Assembly: GCA_041497895.1 (NCBI GenBank) | Contig: JBGQHJ010000003.1 | Coordinates: 13,012-77,011, forward strand | Origin: Candidatus Methylomirabilia bacterium | GTDB lineage: Bacteria > Methylomirabilota > Methylomirabilia > Rokubacteriales > CSP1-6 | Length of the DNA stretch: 64,000 nucleotides | Reading direction: 5' to 3' | Shown: positions 36,882 to 45,565 of the stretch, in pieces | How the letters are laid out: every line of letters starts with the position of its first letter | Numbering within the stretch: the first letter of the stretch is position 1 | Notes under the pieces: model-generated | Told to the model about the DNA's origin: nothing | Seen by the model: only the letters and a program-made list of their open reading frames with translations | Databases searched by the model: none | Translations under genes and position numbers: made by a program

Positions 36882-36992
36882 ATGGACATGCGTGAGCTGG
36901 TCTGGCTGCTCGTCGCGGTGGTCGCGGGTGTCCTGGCCGCCGTGGGCTGGATCGCGCGCGAGCGCTGGATCATGCGGCGGCGGCGGCGCTGA
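36882..36992 (+). CDS. small single-TM protein (36 aa) with poly-Arg tail
   Basis: Not in the track (<60 aa). GGAGAGG RBS 3 nt upstream (RBS 36872-36878, ATG 36882). MDMRELVWLLVAVVAGVLAAVGWIARERWIMRRRRR. 34/36 codons end in G/C. Confidence 0.4.
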   Translation: MDMRELVWLLVAVVAGVLAAVGWIARERWIMRRRRR

Positions 36993-37086
36993 GCCCGGCC
37001 CCCTTGCGCGGCGGCGCGCCGGTCCGGTAGCCTACCCGCGGCGTCGCGACGCCATATCCAAGGATGCATGGACTCGAGGAGGCCAC

Positions 37087-38130
37087 ATGGGCGCGGACCG
37101 GGCGAGGATCGGGATCATCGGGGCCGGGGCGATCGGCTGCGTGGTGGGTGGGCTGCTCGCGCGGGCCGGTCACGACGTGACGCTCGTCGACCAGTGGCCC
37201 GAGCACGTGGAGCAGATCAAGACCGCGGGCCTCCGGCTCTCGGGCAGCTGCGGCGAGCACCTGGTCCCGGTCACCGCCATCCACCTCCACGAGCTCGCGA
37301 CGGTGCGCGCGCCGTTCGAGGCGGTCTTCGTGGCGGTGAAGTCCTACGACACCGAGTGGGCGACCCAGCTCGCGGTGGATCACCTGCGGCGGCCCGACGG
37401 CGTGGTCGTCGACTTCCAGAACGGCATCAACGACCACCGGGTGGCCGCGGTGGCCGGACGCGAGCGCACCCTCGGCTGCGTCATCCTGATCAGCGCCGGC
37501 ATGTACGAGCCGGCCCACGCCATCCGCACCGACCGGGGCAGCGCCGCGTTCAAGATCGGCGAGCACGACGGCAGCGACTCGCCGCGGGCGCGGCGGATCG
37601 CCGCGATCATGAGCGAGGTGGCGCCCGCGGTCGTGACCACGAACCTGTGGGGCGAGCGATGGTCGAAGCTCGCGCTCAATTGCATGCTGAACCCGCTCGC
37701 GGGCCTGAGCGGCCTCGGCACCGCGGAGGTGCGGTCGGAGCCCCTGACCCGGCGGCTGGCCGCCCACCTGGGGGCCGAGGTGGTCCGGGTGGGCGGAGCG
37801 CTCGGCCACCGCATCGAGCCCATCCTGGGCATCGCGGCCCAGCGCTTCGCGGACGCCACCGACAGCGCCGCGATCGAGGTGCTCGGCAAGGAGATCGCGG
37901 CCGACGCGGGCAGCCGCAGCGGCGGCCGCCCGTCGATGCTGCAGGACGTGATGAAGGGGCGGCGGACCGAGATCGACTACCTGAACGGCTTCGTGGCCGC
38001 GGAGGGCCGCTCGGTCGGCATCGCGACCCCGTTCAACGACGCGGTGGTCGACGCCTTCCACGCCCACGGAGTGGGCGCGCTCACCGCCGCGCCCCGCAAC
38101 CTCGACCCGCTCGTGCGTCTGCTCTCCTAG
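37087..38130 (+). CDS. 2-dehydropantoate 2-reductase (ApbA/PanE family)
   Basis: Internal Met with GAGGAGG RBS. IGIIGAGAIGCVVGG Rossmann motif, KSYDT, and the C-terminal ApbA_C-like pattern DVMKGRRTEIDYLNG. Confidence 0.85.
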   Translation: MGADRARIGIIGAGAIGCVVGGLLARAGHDVTLVDQWPEHVEQIKTAGLRLSGSCGEHLVPVTAIHLHELATVRAPFEAVFVAVKSYDTEWATQLAVDHLRRPDGVVVDFQNGINDHRVAAVAGRERTLGCVILISAGMYEPAHAIRTDRGSAAFKIGEHDGSDSPRARRIAAIMSEVAPAVVTTNLWGERWSKLALNCMLNPLAGLSGLGTAEVRSEPLTRRLAAHLGAEVVRVGGALGHRIEPILGIAAQRFADATDSAAIEVLGKEIAADAGSRSGGRPSMLQDVMKGRRTEIDYLNGFVAAEGRSVGIATPFNDAVVDAFHAHGVGALTAAPRNLDPLVRLLS

Positions 38131-38141
38131 CGCGCCCCCTC

Positions 38142-38864
38142 GTGGAATTGCTGGTCGTGCTGGCGGTCGGTCTGGCCGCCGGCACGATCAGCGGCATCGT
38201 CGGCTTCGGCTCGTCGATCATGCTGATGCCGGTGCTCGTGGTCGTCTTCGGCCCGCTCCACGCGGTGCCGATCATGGCGATCGCCGCGATCCTGGCCAAC
38301 CTCTCGCGGGTCCTCATCTGGTGGCGCGAGGTGGACTGGCGCGCGGTCGCGGCCTACTCCGTCACCGGCGTGCCCGCGGCGGCGCTGGGCGCGCGCACCC
38401 TGCTGGCGCTGCCGCCGCGCCTGATCGAGGGGGCGCTCGGCGTGTTCTTCCTCGGCATGATTCCGACCCGGCGCTGGCTCGCCGCGCGGGGGCTGGGGCT
38501 CGGACCGCGGCACCTGCTGGTGATCGGGGCGGTGGTGGGCTTTCTCACCGGCATCGTGGTGACCACCGGTCCGATCACCGCGCCGATCTTCCTCTCCTAC
38601 GGGCTCGTGAAGGGCGCGTTCATCGCCACCGAGGCCGCCGGCTCGCTCACGGTCTACCTGAGCAAGGCCGCGGTGTTCCGCAGCTTCGGCGCCCTGCCGC
38701 GGCCGGTGATCGTGCAGGGGCTCATCACCGGCACGTCCCTGATGCTCGGGGCCTGGCTCGCCAAGCGCTTCGTCCTGCGCCTGCCCCCCGACCGCTTCCG
38801 CCTCCTGATGGACGCCCTGATGCTCCTCTCCGGCCTCACCATGCTCTACACCGCGTTCGCCTGA
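38142..38864 (+). CDS. TauE/SafE family sulfite/anion exporter
   Basis: GTG start. GLAAGTISGIVGFGSSIMLMPVL and repeated TM pattern. 240 aa. Confidence 0.8.
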   Translation: MELLVVLAVGLAAGTISGIVGFGSSIMLMPVLVVVFGPLHAVPIMAIAAILANLSRVLIWWREVDWRAVAAYSVTGVPAAALGARTLLALPPRLIEGALGVFFLGMIPTRRWLAARGLGLGPRHLLVIGAVVGFLTGIVVTTGPITAPIFLSYGLVKGAFIATEAAGSLTVYLSKAAVFRSFGALPRPVIVQGLITGTSLMLGAWLAKRFVLRLPPDRFRLLMDALMLLSGLTMLYTAFA

Positions 38865-38865
38865 T

Positions 38866-38951
38866 GGGGTCAGGTCTTACATTCCGACATTTCCGTGAGT
38901 CGCGAGACTACGCCTCGCGGGGAGAAATGTCGGAATGTAAGACCTGACCCC
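38866..38951. repeat. 86-bp palindromic element, copy A (28-bp perfect stem, 30-nt loop)
   Basis: 38866-38893, GGGGTCAGGTCTTACATTCCGACATTTC, is the exact reverse complement of 38924-38951. The same arm occurs at 56554-56640. Confidence 0.9.
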
Positions 38952-40077
38952 GAACTTCGGCGTTGTGCTCGCCGAGGCGTGGGGGAGCGCGCCGGATCGG
39001 GGGACGCCGGCCGTCGAACGAGATCGGCAGCGAGACGACCTCGTAGTCGTCGCCGGGGAGGGGCTGGATGATGCCGATGGCCTCGGCTTGCGGCTGGGCC
39101 ACCGCCTCGGGCAGGCTATGGATCGGCCCGCACGGCACGCCGCCGGCCTCGAGCAGGTCGATCCACTCGCCCTTGGTGCGGGTGAGGAAGATCGCGTCGA
39201 GGAGGGCCAGGAGCGCGGGCTTGTTGGCCACGCGCGCCGCGTTGGTCGCGAACCGCTCCTCCTTCGCCCACTGCGGGTGACCGACCACCGCGGCGAGCTT
39301 GGCGAAGAGGCGATCGTTGCCCGCGGCCACGATGATGGTGCCGGTCTTGGTCTCGAAGCCCTGGAAGGGGACCACGCGCTGGCTGCCGGTGCGGTGGCGC
39401 TCCGGCACCTCGCCGGAGGCGCGGAAGCTCGCGAAGTGGCCCTTCAGCCACGCGAGCCCGGTCTCGTAGAGCGAGGCGTCCACCACGCAGCCGCGCCCGG
39501 TGCGCTGGCGCTGCACGAGCCCGGCGAGCGCGCCCATCGCGGTCCACATGCCGGTGCCGTAGTCGAGGATCGAGGTGCCGATGCGCGTCGGCGGGCCGCC
39601 CTCGTCGCCGTTCATCATCATGAGCCCGGAGAAGGCCTGCACCATCGGCTCGAAGCCGGGCTTCATCTTGAGCGGCCCGGTGCTCCCGAAGGCCCACACC
39701 GAGCAGTAGACCAGGCGCGGGTGACGCGCGAGCAGCACGTCGGGCCCGAGCCCCAGCTCCTCGAGCGAGCCCGGCCGCAGGTTCTGGACCAGCACGTCCG
39801 CCCCGCCGAGGAAGTCCATGAGCCACGCGACCGCCTGCGGATCCTTCAGATCGAGCGTGATCCCGCGCTTGTTGGCGTTGACCGCGAGGAAGCCCGGCGA
39901 GACGCCCTTCCAGAAGGGCGGCCCCCACTTGCGCGCGTCGTCGCCCTCGGGGCGCTCCACCTTGATCACGTCGGCGCCCATGTGGGCGAGGATCTCGGCC
40001 GCCATGGGCCCGGCGAGGTTCTGCGCGACCTCGACGACGCGAATGCCCTCGAGCGGCAGCCCCGGGGCGGCGCTCAC
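38908..40077 (-). CDS. family III CoA-transferase (CaiB/BaiF/Frc-like); 3' end derived from the palindromic element
   Basis: GIRVVEVAQNLAGPMAAEILAHMGADVIKVERP, LVQNLRPG, and the near-C-terminal LGEHNAEV. The last 14 codons (RGQVLHSDISPREA) lie inside the repeat. Confidence 0.85.
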   Translation of the reverse strand: MSAAPGLPLEGIRVVEVAQNLAGPMAAEILAHMGADVIKVERPEGDDARKWGPPFWKGVSPGFLAVNANKRGITLDLKDPQAVAWLMDFLGGADVLVQNLRPGSLEELGLGPDVLLARHPRLVYCSVWAFGSTGPLKMKPGFEPMVQAFSGLMMMNGDEGGPPTRIGTSILDYGTGMWTAMGALAGLVQRQRTGRGCVVDASLYETGLAWLKGHFASFRASGEVPERHRTGSQRVVPFQGFETKTGTIIVAAGNDRLFAKLAAVVGHPQWAKEERFATNAARVANKPALLALLDAIFLTRTKGEWIDLLEAGGVPCGPIHSLPEAVAQPQAEAIGIIQPLPGDDYEVVSLPISFDGRRPPIRRAPPRLGEHNAEVRGQVLHSDISPREA

Positions 40078-40967
40078 GCGCGCGCCGCCGCGATCGCGTC
40101 GAGCACGACCGGCTCGAAGCGGTGACTCGCCCCGTCACGCACGATGCGCCCGGGATGCGGGAAGTGGGCCGGCAGCACCAGGTCGCCGGAGGCGGCGTGG
40201 CGCTCGACGAAGGCCTTGCGGGTGACCGCGGCCTGGCGACCGTCGTAGCAGAAGATGCTGCTCCATTGCGGCTCGGCCACCTGCACCACCCGATGCATGA
40301 GGTCGCCCGAGAAGACCGCGTCGCCCGCGCTGGTGTGCACGCGCACCGCCGCGTGCCCGGGGGTGTGCCCCACCCACGGCTCGTAGGCGAGCCACGGGTC
40401 GATCTGGTGCGTGCTGCTGACCATGAGCGCCTGCCCCGCCTCCACCACCGGCACCACGCTGTCCGTGATGCAACCCGACTTCTCACGGCCGGCCTGCTCC
40501 TCGTACTTCCAGAACTCCCACTCCTCGCCCGGGAACACGTACTTCGCGCGCGGGAACGTGGGCACCCAGCGGCCGTCGACGAGCCGGGTGTTCCAGCCCA
40601 CGTGGTCGACGTGGAGATGCGTGCACAGGACCAGGTCCACCTGCTCCGGAGTGACGCCGGCCGCGGCCAGGTCGTCGAGGAAGCCGCCACTCCGGCGGTT
40701 CCAGAGCGCGTTGTCCCCGCGATCCTTGTCGTTGCCGACCCCGGTGTCGACCAGGACCGTGTGCCGCGGGGTGCGCACGATCCAGGTCTGGATGCGCGAG
40801 CCGAGGTCACCGGTCACGTCGTCGAAGAAGTGGGGCTTGATCCAGCGGTGGTGCGACGCGATCCGCCCCGCGTCGGACTCGGGCAGCATCTGGGCGGTGG
40901 GGAACGACGAGCGGCCGATCTCGACGATGCGCGAGATCGAGACGTCTCCGAGCGTGAGGGTGTGCAT
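40074..40967 (-). CDS. MBL-fold metallo-hydrolase (AHL-lactonase-like)
   Basis: HLHVDHVG (HxHxDH) and GHTPGH. GTGA overlap with the downstream CoA-transferase. Confidence 0.8.
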   Translation of the reverse strand: MHTLTLGDVSISRIVEIGRSSFPTAQMLPESDAGRIASHHRWIKPHFFDDVTGDLGSRIQTWIVRTPRHTVLVDTGVGNDKDRGDNALWNRRSGGFLDDLAAAGVTPEQVDLVLCTHLHVDHVGWNTRLVDGRWVPTFPRAKYVFPGEEWEFWKYEEQAGREKSGCITDSVVPVVEAGQALMVSSTHQIDPWLAYEPWVGHTPGHAAVRVHTSAGDAVFSGDLMHRVVQVAEPQWSSIFCYDGRQAAVTRKAFVERHAASGDLVLPAHFPHPGRIVRDGASHRFEPVVLDAIAAARA

Positions 40968-40979
40968 GCGGGCTCTCTC

Positions 40980-42050
40980 CTAGCGTCCGGCCATGTGCGG
41001 CCAGAGCGCGTCCGCCCCGCGGGCGGCCACCTCCCGGCCCAGCGCCACCGACCAGTAGCTCTCCGCGCCGAACTCGGCCCGCCAGGACCAGAGTCGTCGC
41101 GTCACGAAGTGCAGCGAGTGCTCGTAGGTGAAGCCGATGGCCCCGTGCGCCTGGTGCGCGATCCCCGCCCCCAGGCCGGCGGCCTCGCCGGTGCGCACCT
41201 TGGCCACCGCGATCTCGAACGACGCGTCGCCGCCCTCGCCGGTGCGGTCCACCACGTGGAAGGCCTGTTGCGCGGCCATGCCCGCGGCCGCGGTGTGGCC
41301 GGCCAGGAGGGCCAGGTTCTGCTGGATGGCCTGGAACGCGGCGAGCGGCCGGCCGAACTGCTTGCGCTCGGTCACGTACTTTGCCGACTGCGCGAGCAGG
41401 AACTCGAGCCCGCCCGCCATCTGCGCCGAGCGCACGAGCGCGCCGCCCGCCCACACCGGCTGCTTGCCGAGCCGGCCGCGGAGCGGCGCCGCGGCCACCA
41501 CCGGCGCGCCGGACCACGTCAGCGTGTCGCGCGGCTCGCGCGCCAGACTCGCGTCGGCCTCGGCCTTGGCGCCACCGCCGGCCACCAGCGCGACCATCGG
41601 CGACCCGCCGCCGTCGGCCACCACGACCACGTGCTGGGCGCGCGCACCCCACGGCACCCGGCTCGCGCGGCCGCTCAGCGCCCAGCCCCCGCCCTGACGG
41701 GCCAGGGTGAGGCCTTCATCTATATGCACGGGCGCCACGGTCATCGGTCCGAGCGGGGCGTCCAGGCCCGCCTCGGCCAGGATCGAGCCGGCCAGCATGG
41801 TCTCGGCCAGCGGCACCGGCGCCGCGAAGCGGCCGGCCGCCATCAGCACCACGAACGCGTCGGTCCACGAGCCGCCGGCCCCGCCGCGGGCCTCCGGCAC
41901 CTGGGGCAGCGTGAGGCCGTTCTCCTCCAGGGCCTGCCAGAGGGCGGCCGGCCACTCGCCCTTCTCGGCCCCCTCCAGCACCGCGGTGGTGGCGCGATCG
42001 GTGAACAGGCGCGTGCACGTCTCGCTGAGGATCGTCTGCAGCTCGTTCAT
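40980..42050 (-). CDS. acyl-CoA dehydrogenase family protein, short, possibly a non-catalytic partner subunit
   Basis: 356 aa. ACAD C-terminal-domain-like (YVTERKQFGRPLAAFQAIQ, HGAIGFTYEHSLH) with a divergent N-terminal half. Confidence 0.7.
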   Translation of the reverse strand: MNELQTILSETCTRLFTDRATTAVLEGAEKGEWPAALWQALEENGLTLPQVPEARGGAGGSWTDAFVVLMAAGRFAAPVPLAETMLAGSILAEAGLDAPLGPMTVAPVHIDEGLTLARQGGGWALSGRASRVPWGARAQHVVVVADGGGSPMVALVAGGGAKAEADASLAREPRDTLTWSGAPVVAAAPLRGRLGKQPVWAGGALVRSAQMAGGLEFLLAQSAKYVTERKQFGRPLAAFQAIQQNLALLAGHTAAAGMAAQQAFHVVDRTGEGGDASFEIAVAKVRTGEAAGLGAGIAHQAHGAIGFTYEHSLHFVTRRLWSWRAEFGAESYWSVALGREVAARGADALWPHMAGR

Positions 42051-42059
42051 CGCGCGCTC

Positions 42060-43208
42060 CTATCTCAAGCCCAGGCCGCGGGCGATGATCCCTCTCAATA
42101 CTTCGCGCGTTCCGCCCCGCAGCGAGAAGGAGGGCGCGTGCTGGATCAGGTAGCCAAGCGTCTTCTCGAACTCGCTGCCGCTGCCGATGCGGGGCTCGGC
42201 GCCGGTGAGCGTGTGCACCGCCTCCGGGATCTCCTGCTCGAAGGTGGTCCCGATGTCCTTCATCACCGCGGCCTCCAGGTTCGGGTTCAGCCCGGCCTGC
42301 AACATGGTGGCGATCGAGAGCGACATCTGCCGCAGCGTCACCAGGTGCGCGGTGAAGTGGCCGATCAGCGCGGCGGTCCGCTCGCCCGGCTCGCGCCCCG
42401 CCTCGCGGATCAGCTCGATCACGAGCTGGAGCGAGGAGAGGTACCGCTCGGGGCCGCTGCGCTCGAAGCCGAGCTCGGTGGTCACCTGCTTCCAGCCCTC
42501 GCCGTCCTTGCCGACCAGCATGTCGTCGGGCACCAGGCAGTCCTGGAAGTGCACCTCGTTGAAGTGGTGCCCACCGGCCAGGTCGTAGATCGGGCGGATC
42601 GAGATACCGGGCGACTTGAGATCCACCAGGAACTGGGAGAGCCCCTCGTGCTTCTTGTCCGGCACCACCGTGGTGCGGAAGAGCGCGATCGCGTAGTCGG
42701 AGAGATGGGCGTTGCTGGTCCAGATCTTGGTGCCGTTGACCTTGTAGCCGCCCGCGACCTTCTCGGCCCGGGTGCGGACCGAGGCCAGGTCCGAGCCCGA
42801 GTCCGGCTCGCTCATGCCGATGGCGAAGGCCAGCTCGCCGCGTGCGATGCGGGGCAGGAACCGCTGGCGCTGCTCCTCGGTGCCGAAGCGCAGCAGCAGC
42901 GGCCCGCTCTGGCGATCGGCCACCCAGTGCGCGCTGACCGGCGCGCCCGCGGCCAGCGTCTCCTCCAGCACCACGTAGCGCTCGAGCGCGGTGCGCTCGT
43001 GGCCGCCGTACTTCTTCGGCCACGTCATGCCGATCCACCCGCGCTCGCCCATGCGGCGCGAGAAGTCGCGGTTGAAGCCGCCCCAGGACCGGGCCCGGTC
43101 CGCGGGCCGGAACTGGGCCAGCTCCTGCTTGAGGAAGGTGCGGACCTCGTCGCGCAGCGCTTCCGCCTCGGGGGGAAGCGTGGACAGCTCGAAGTTGAAT
43201 GTCGCCAT
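42060..43208 (-). CDS. acyl-CoA dehydrogenase
   Basis: GMTWPKKYGG, GMSEPDSGSDLAS, NGTKIWTSNA. The C-terminus has RGGTREV where most ACADs have YEGTSEI. Confidence 0.85.
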   Translation of the reverse strand: MATFNFELSTLPPEAEALRDEVRTFLKQELAQFRPADRARSWGGFNRDFSRRMGERGWIGMTWPKKYGGHERTALERYVVLEETLAAGAPVSAHWVADRQSGPLLLRFGTEEQRQRFLPRIARGELAFAIGMSEPDSGSDLASVRTRAEKVAGGYKVNGTKIWTSNAHLSDYAIALFRTTVVPDKKHEGLSQFLVDLKSPGISIRPIYDLAGGHHFNEVHFQDCLVPDDMLVGKDGEGWKQVTTELGFERSGPERYLSSLQLVIELIREAGREPGERTAALIGHFTAHLVTLRQMSLSIATMLQAGLNPNLEAAVMKDIGTTFEQEIPEAVHTLTGAEPRIGSGSEFEKTLGYLIQHAPSFSLRGGTREVLRGIIARGLGLR

Positions 43209-43230
43209 GGGCGTGACCCCTCTCTTGGCG

Positions 43231-44394
43231 CTACCTGAACAGTGACCGCGCGATGACCATGCGATGCACCTCCGAGGGGCCCTCGCCGATGCGGCGGACC
43301 CGCGCCTCGCGGTACCAGCGCTCCAGCGGGAACTCCTTCGACACCCCGTAGCCGCCGTGGATCTGCACCGCCGCGTCGATCACGCGGCCCAGCACCTCGC
43401 TCGAGTAGAGCTTGGCGATCGAGGCCTCGACCCGCGCGTCCTCCCCGCGGTCGGCCTTCCACGCGCCCTCCCAGATGATCCAGCGGCACGCGCGCAGCTC
43501 CACCTCCGCGTCGGCCAGCATCCACTGGATGGCCTGCCGCTGGCTCAGCGGCGCGCCGAAGGTGGAGCGCTGCTTGGCGTGGGCGATGGCCATGCGGTGC
43601 GCGGCCACCGCGACCCCCAGGTTGCACGCCGAGTACGGGAAGCGGTTCTTCACCAGCAGGTCGAACGCAAGGTCGAGCCCCTGCCCTTCCTGGCCGATCA
43701 GGTTCTCGACCGGGATCTCGCAGTCCTCGAAGGTGACGTCATTGGGAATCGCCGAGGTGCGGATCACCCGGATGGGCTTGGCGTGGAAGCCGGGCGTACC
43801 GTGCTCCAGGATGAAGCACGAGATGCCGGCCCGCCCCTTCCCCTTGTCCGTCCGCGCGAACACGATGCCCCACGGCGCGTCGTGGGCACGGGAGATGAAA
43901 ACCTTTCTACCATTGAGCACCCACTTGTCGCCGCGCCGCTCGGCGCGGGTCTGGATCGCGCCGGCGGGATCGGACCCGCCCGAGGGCTCGGTGATCGCGA
44001 AGAATGTTTCGTAGCCCTCGCGGAGCGCGGGCACCGCGTACTTCTCGATCTGCGCCTTGCTCCCGGCCCAGATCGCGGGCGGCGGGTAGCGGCCGAAGAC
44101 GCCGCAGCCCGGGTTGTAGAGGCCCATGCGGTGCTGCGACATCGCCTCGAGCGCCACGCACATGCTGAACGCATCGAGCCCGCCGCCGCCGTAGGCCTCG
44201 GGCGCGCCGAGGGTCCAGAGGCCGGCGGCCTTGGTCTTGGCGGAGAGACGCACGAAGTCCTCGCGCGGGATCTCGGGCGCGTCCGGATCGATGGTCTGCT
44301 CGAGCGGGACGATCTCGTCCTGGACGAACCGCCGGATCTGCTCGCCGAGCAGGCGCAGCTCCTCCGGGAGGGTGAAGCCGGGGAACACCGTCAT
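43231..44394 (-). CDS. acyl-CoA dehydrogenase
   Basis: Internal Met (MTVFPGF) of ORF 43231..46044 with GAGGAG RBS. ITEPSGGSDPAG, RSTFGAPLSQRQAIQ, IGEGPSEV. Confidence 0.85.
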   Translation of the reverse strand: MTVFPGFTLPEELRLLGEQIRRFVQDEIVPLEQTIDPDAPEIPREDFVRLSAKTKAAGLWTLGAPEAYGGGGLDAFSMCVALEAMSQHRMGLYNPGCGVFGRYPPPAIWAGSKAQIEKYAVPALREGYETFFAITEPSGGSDPAGAIQTRAERRGDKWVLNGRKVFISRAHDAPWGIVFARTDKGKGRAGISCFILEHGTPGFHAKPIRVIRTSAIPNDVTFEDCEIPVENLIGQEGQGLDLAFDLLVKNRFPYSACNLGVAVAAHRMAIAHAKQRSTFGAPLSQRQAIQWMLADAEVELRACRWIIWEGAWKADRGEDARVEASIAKLYSSEVLGRVIDAAVQIHGGYGVSKEFPLERWYREARVRRIGEGPSEVHRMVIARSLFR

Positions 44395-44517
44395 GGGGGC
44401 GTGGCTCCTCGAGACCGAGATGTGGGGGGGATCATACCACCGTGGGGAAAACCGGGTACACTCGGGGGCGGCCCGGCGGGCCGGCACGAGAAATCGCCCG
44501 AGGAGAGACGCCCCGAC

Positions 44518-45525
44518 ATGCAGAAGCGCTGGTCCCTGTCGGTACCGATGGAAGGCTTCGCCCTGCCCGAGCTGACCGAGGTGGCCCGCGAGGCCGAGCG
44601 ACTCGGCTACACCGACGCCTGGTCCTTCGAGGTGGACGGCATCGACGGCTTCACCCCGCTGGCCGTCATCGGCCTGGCCACGAGCATGCGGCTCGGCACC
44701 GCCATCGCCAACGTCTACACCCGCGGGCCGGCCACGCTCGCCTCCACCGCGGCCGGGCTCGCCGACCTGGCGCCCGGGCGCTTCGTGCTCGGCATCGGGG
44801 CCGGATCTCAGCCCATCGTGGAGTCCTGGAACGGGGGCAAGTTCAGCCGGCCCGCCACGCGAGTGCGCGAGACCGCTCAGTTCCTGCGTGCCGCGCTGGC
44901 CGGCGAGCGGGTGGTCTTCAAGGGCGAGACGTTCACCGTCGACGGCTTCCGCCTCTCGCGCGTCCCGGCGCAGCCGGTGCCGATCTACATCGCCGCCCTC
45001 CGCGAGGGCATGCTCAACGTCGCGGGCCAGGTCGGCGACGGCGTCATCCTCAACTGGCTCTCTCCCGACGACGTGCCGCGCTCGGTGGGCGTGGTGCGCG
45101 CGGCGGCGCGACAGGCCGGCCGCGACCCCGACGCGATCGAGGTCACCGCCCGCCTCTTCGTCAATCTCGACGCGCCCGGGCCCGAATCCGACCTCGCGGT
45201 GCGCCGACACATCGCGGGCTACCTGAACGTGCCGGTCTACCGCGCGTTCCAGGAGTGGCTCGGCCGCACCGAGTCGCTCGGCCCCATGTGGCGGGCCTGG
45301 GGCGCGGGCGATCGCCGGGGCGCGGTGGCCGCGATCCCCGAGCGGGTGATGGACGACCTCATGCCGCGCGGCAGCTTCGCCGACCTCAAGGCCCGCATCC
45401 AGCTCTATCTCGACCGGGGCATCGACACCGCGTTCCTCTCGCTCATGACCACCGAGACGGATCCCACGAAGAAGCGGGACCTCATGCTGAACGCGCTCCG
45501 CGCCCTCGCCCCCGGCGGGCGCTAG
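44518..45525 (+). CDS. LLM-class (luciferase-like) flavin/F420-dependent oxidoreductase
   Basis: Internal Met with AGGAGAG RBS. TIM-barrel LLM-like sequence LGYTDAWSFE, GIGAGS. Confidence 0.75.
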   Translation: MQKRWSLSVPMEGFALPELTEVAREAERLGYTDAWSFEVDGIDGFTPLAVIGLATSMRLGTAIANVYTRGPATLASTAAGLADLAPGRFVLGIGAGSQPIVESWNGGKFSRPATRVRETAQFLRAALAGERVVFKGETFTVDGFRLSRVPAQPVPIYIAALREGMLNVAGQVGDGVILNWLSPDDVPRSVGVVRAAARQAGRDPDAIEVTARLFVNLDAPGPESDLAVRRHIAGYLNVPVYRAFQEWLGRTESLGPMWRAWGAGDRRGAVAAIPERVMDDLMPRGSFADLKARIQLYLDRGIDTAFLSLMTTETDPTKKRDLMLNALRALAPGGR

Positions 45526-45565
45526 CCGGACCCGAGCCCCAAGCCCGTACCCACGGAGACCTCCC

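Noticed and set aside
38866-38951. Palindromic 28-mers as a CRISPR repeat or an integron attC site
   Set aside because: The two 28-mers are inverted, not direct. There are only two loci 17.7 kb apart, with no array and no cas genes. They lack the attC R''/R' core (RYYYAAC / GTTRRRY), and no integron integrase is present.
40122-43238. 1038-aa plus-strand ORF spanning 3.1 kb
   Set aside because: It is antisense to the MBL hydrolase and three ACAD genes, which have clear family motifs. Its translation is Arg/Gly/Ala/Pro-rich low-complexity sequence. Long stop-free antisense frames are expected at this GC content.
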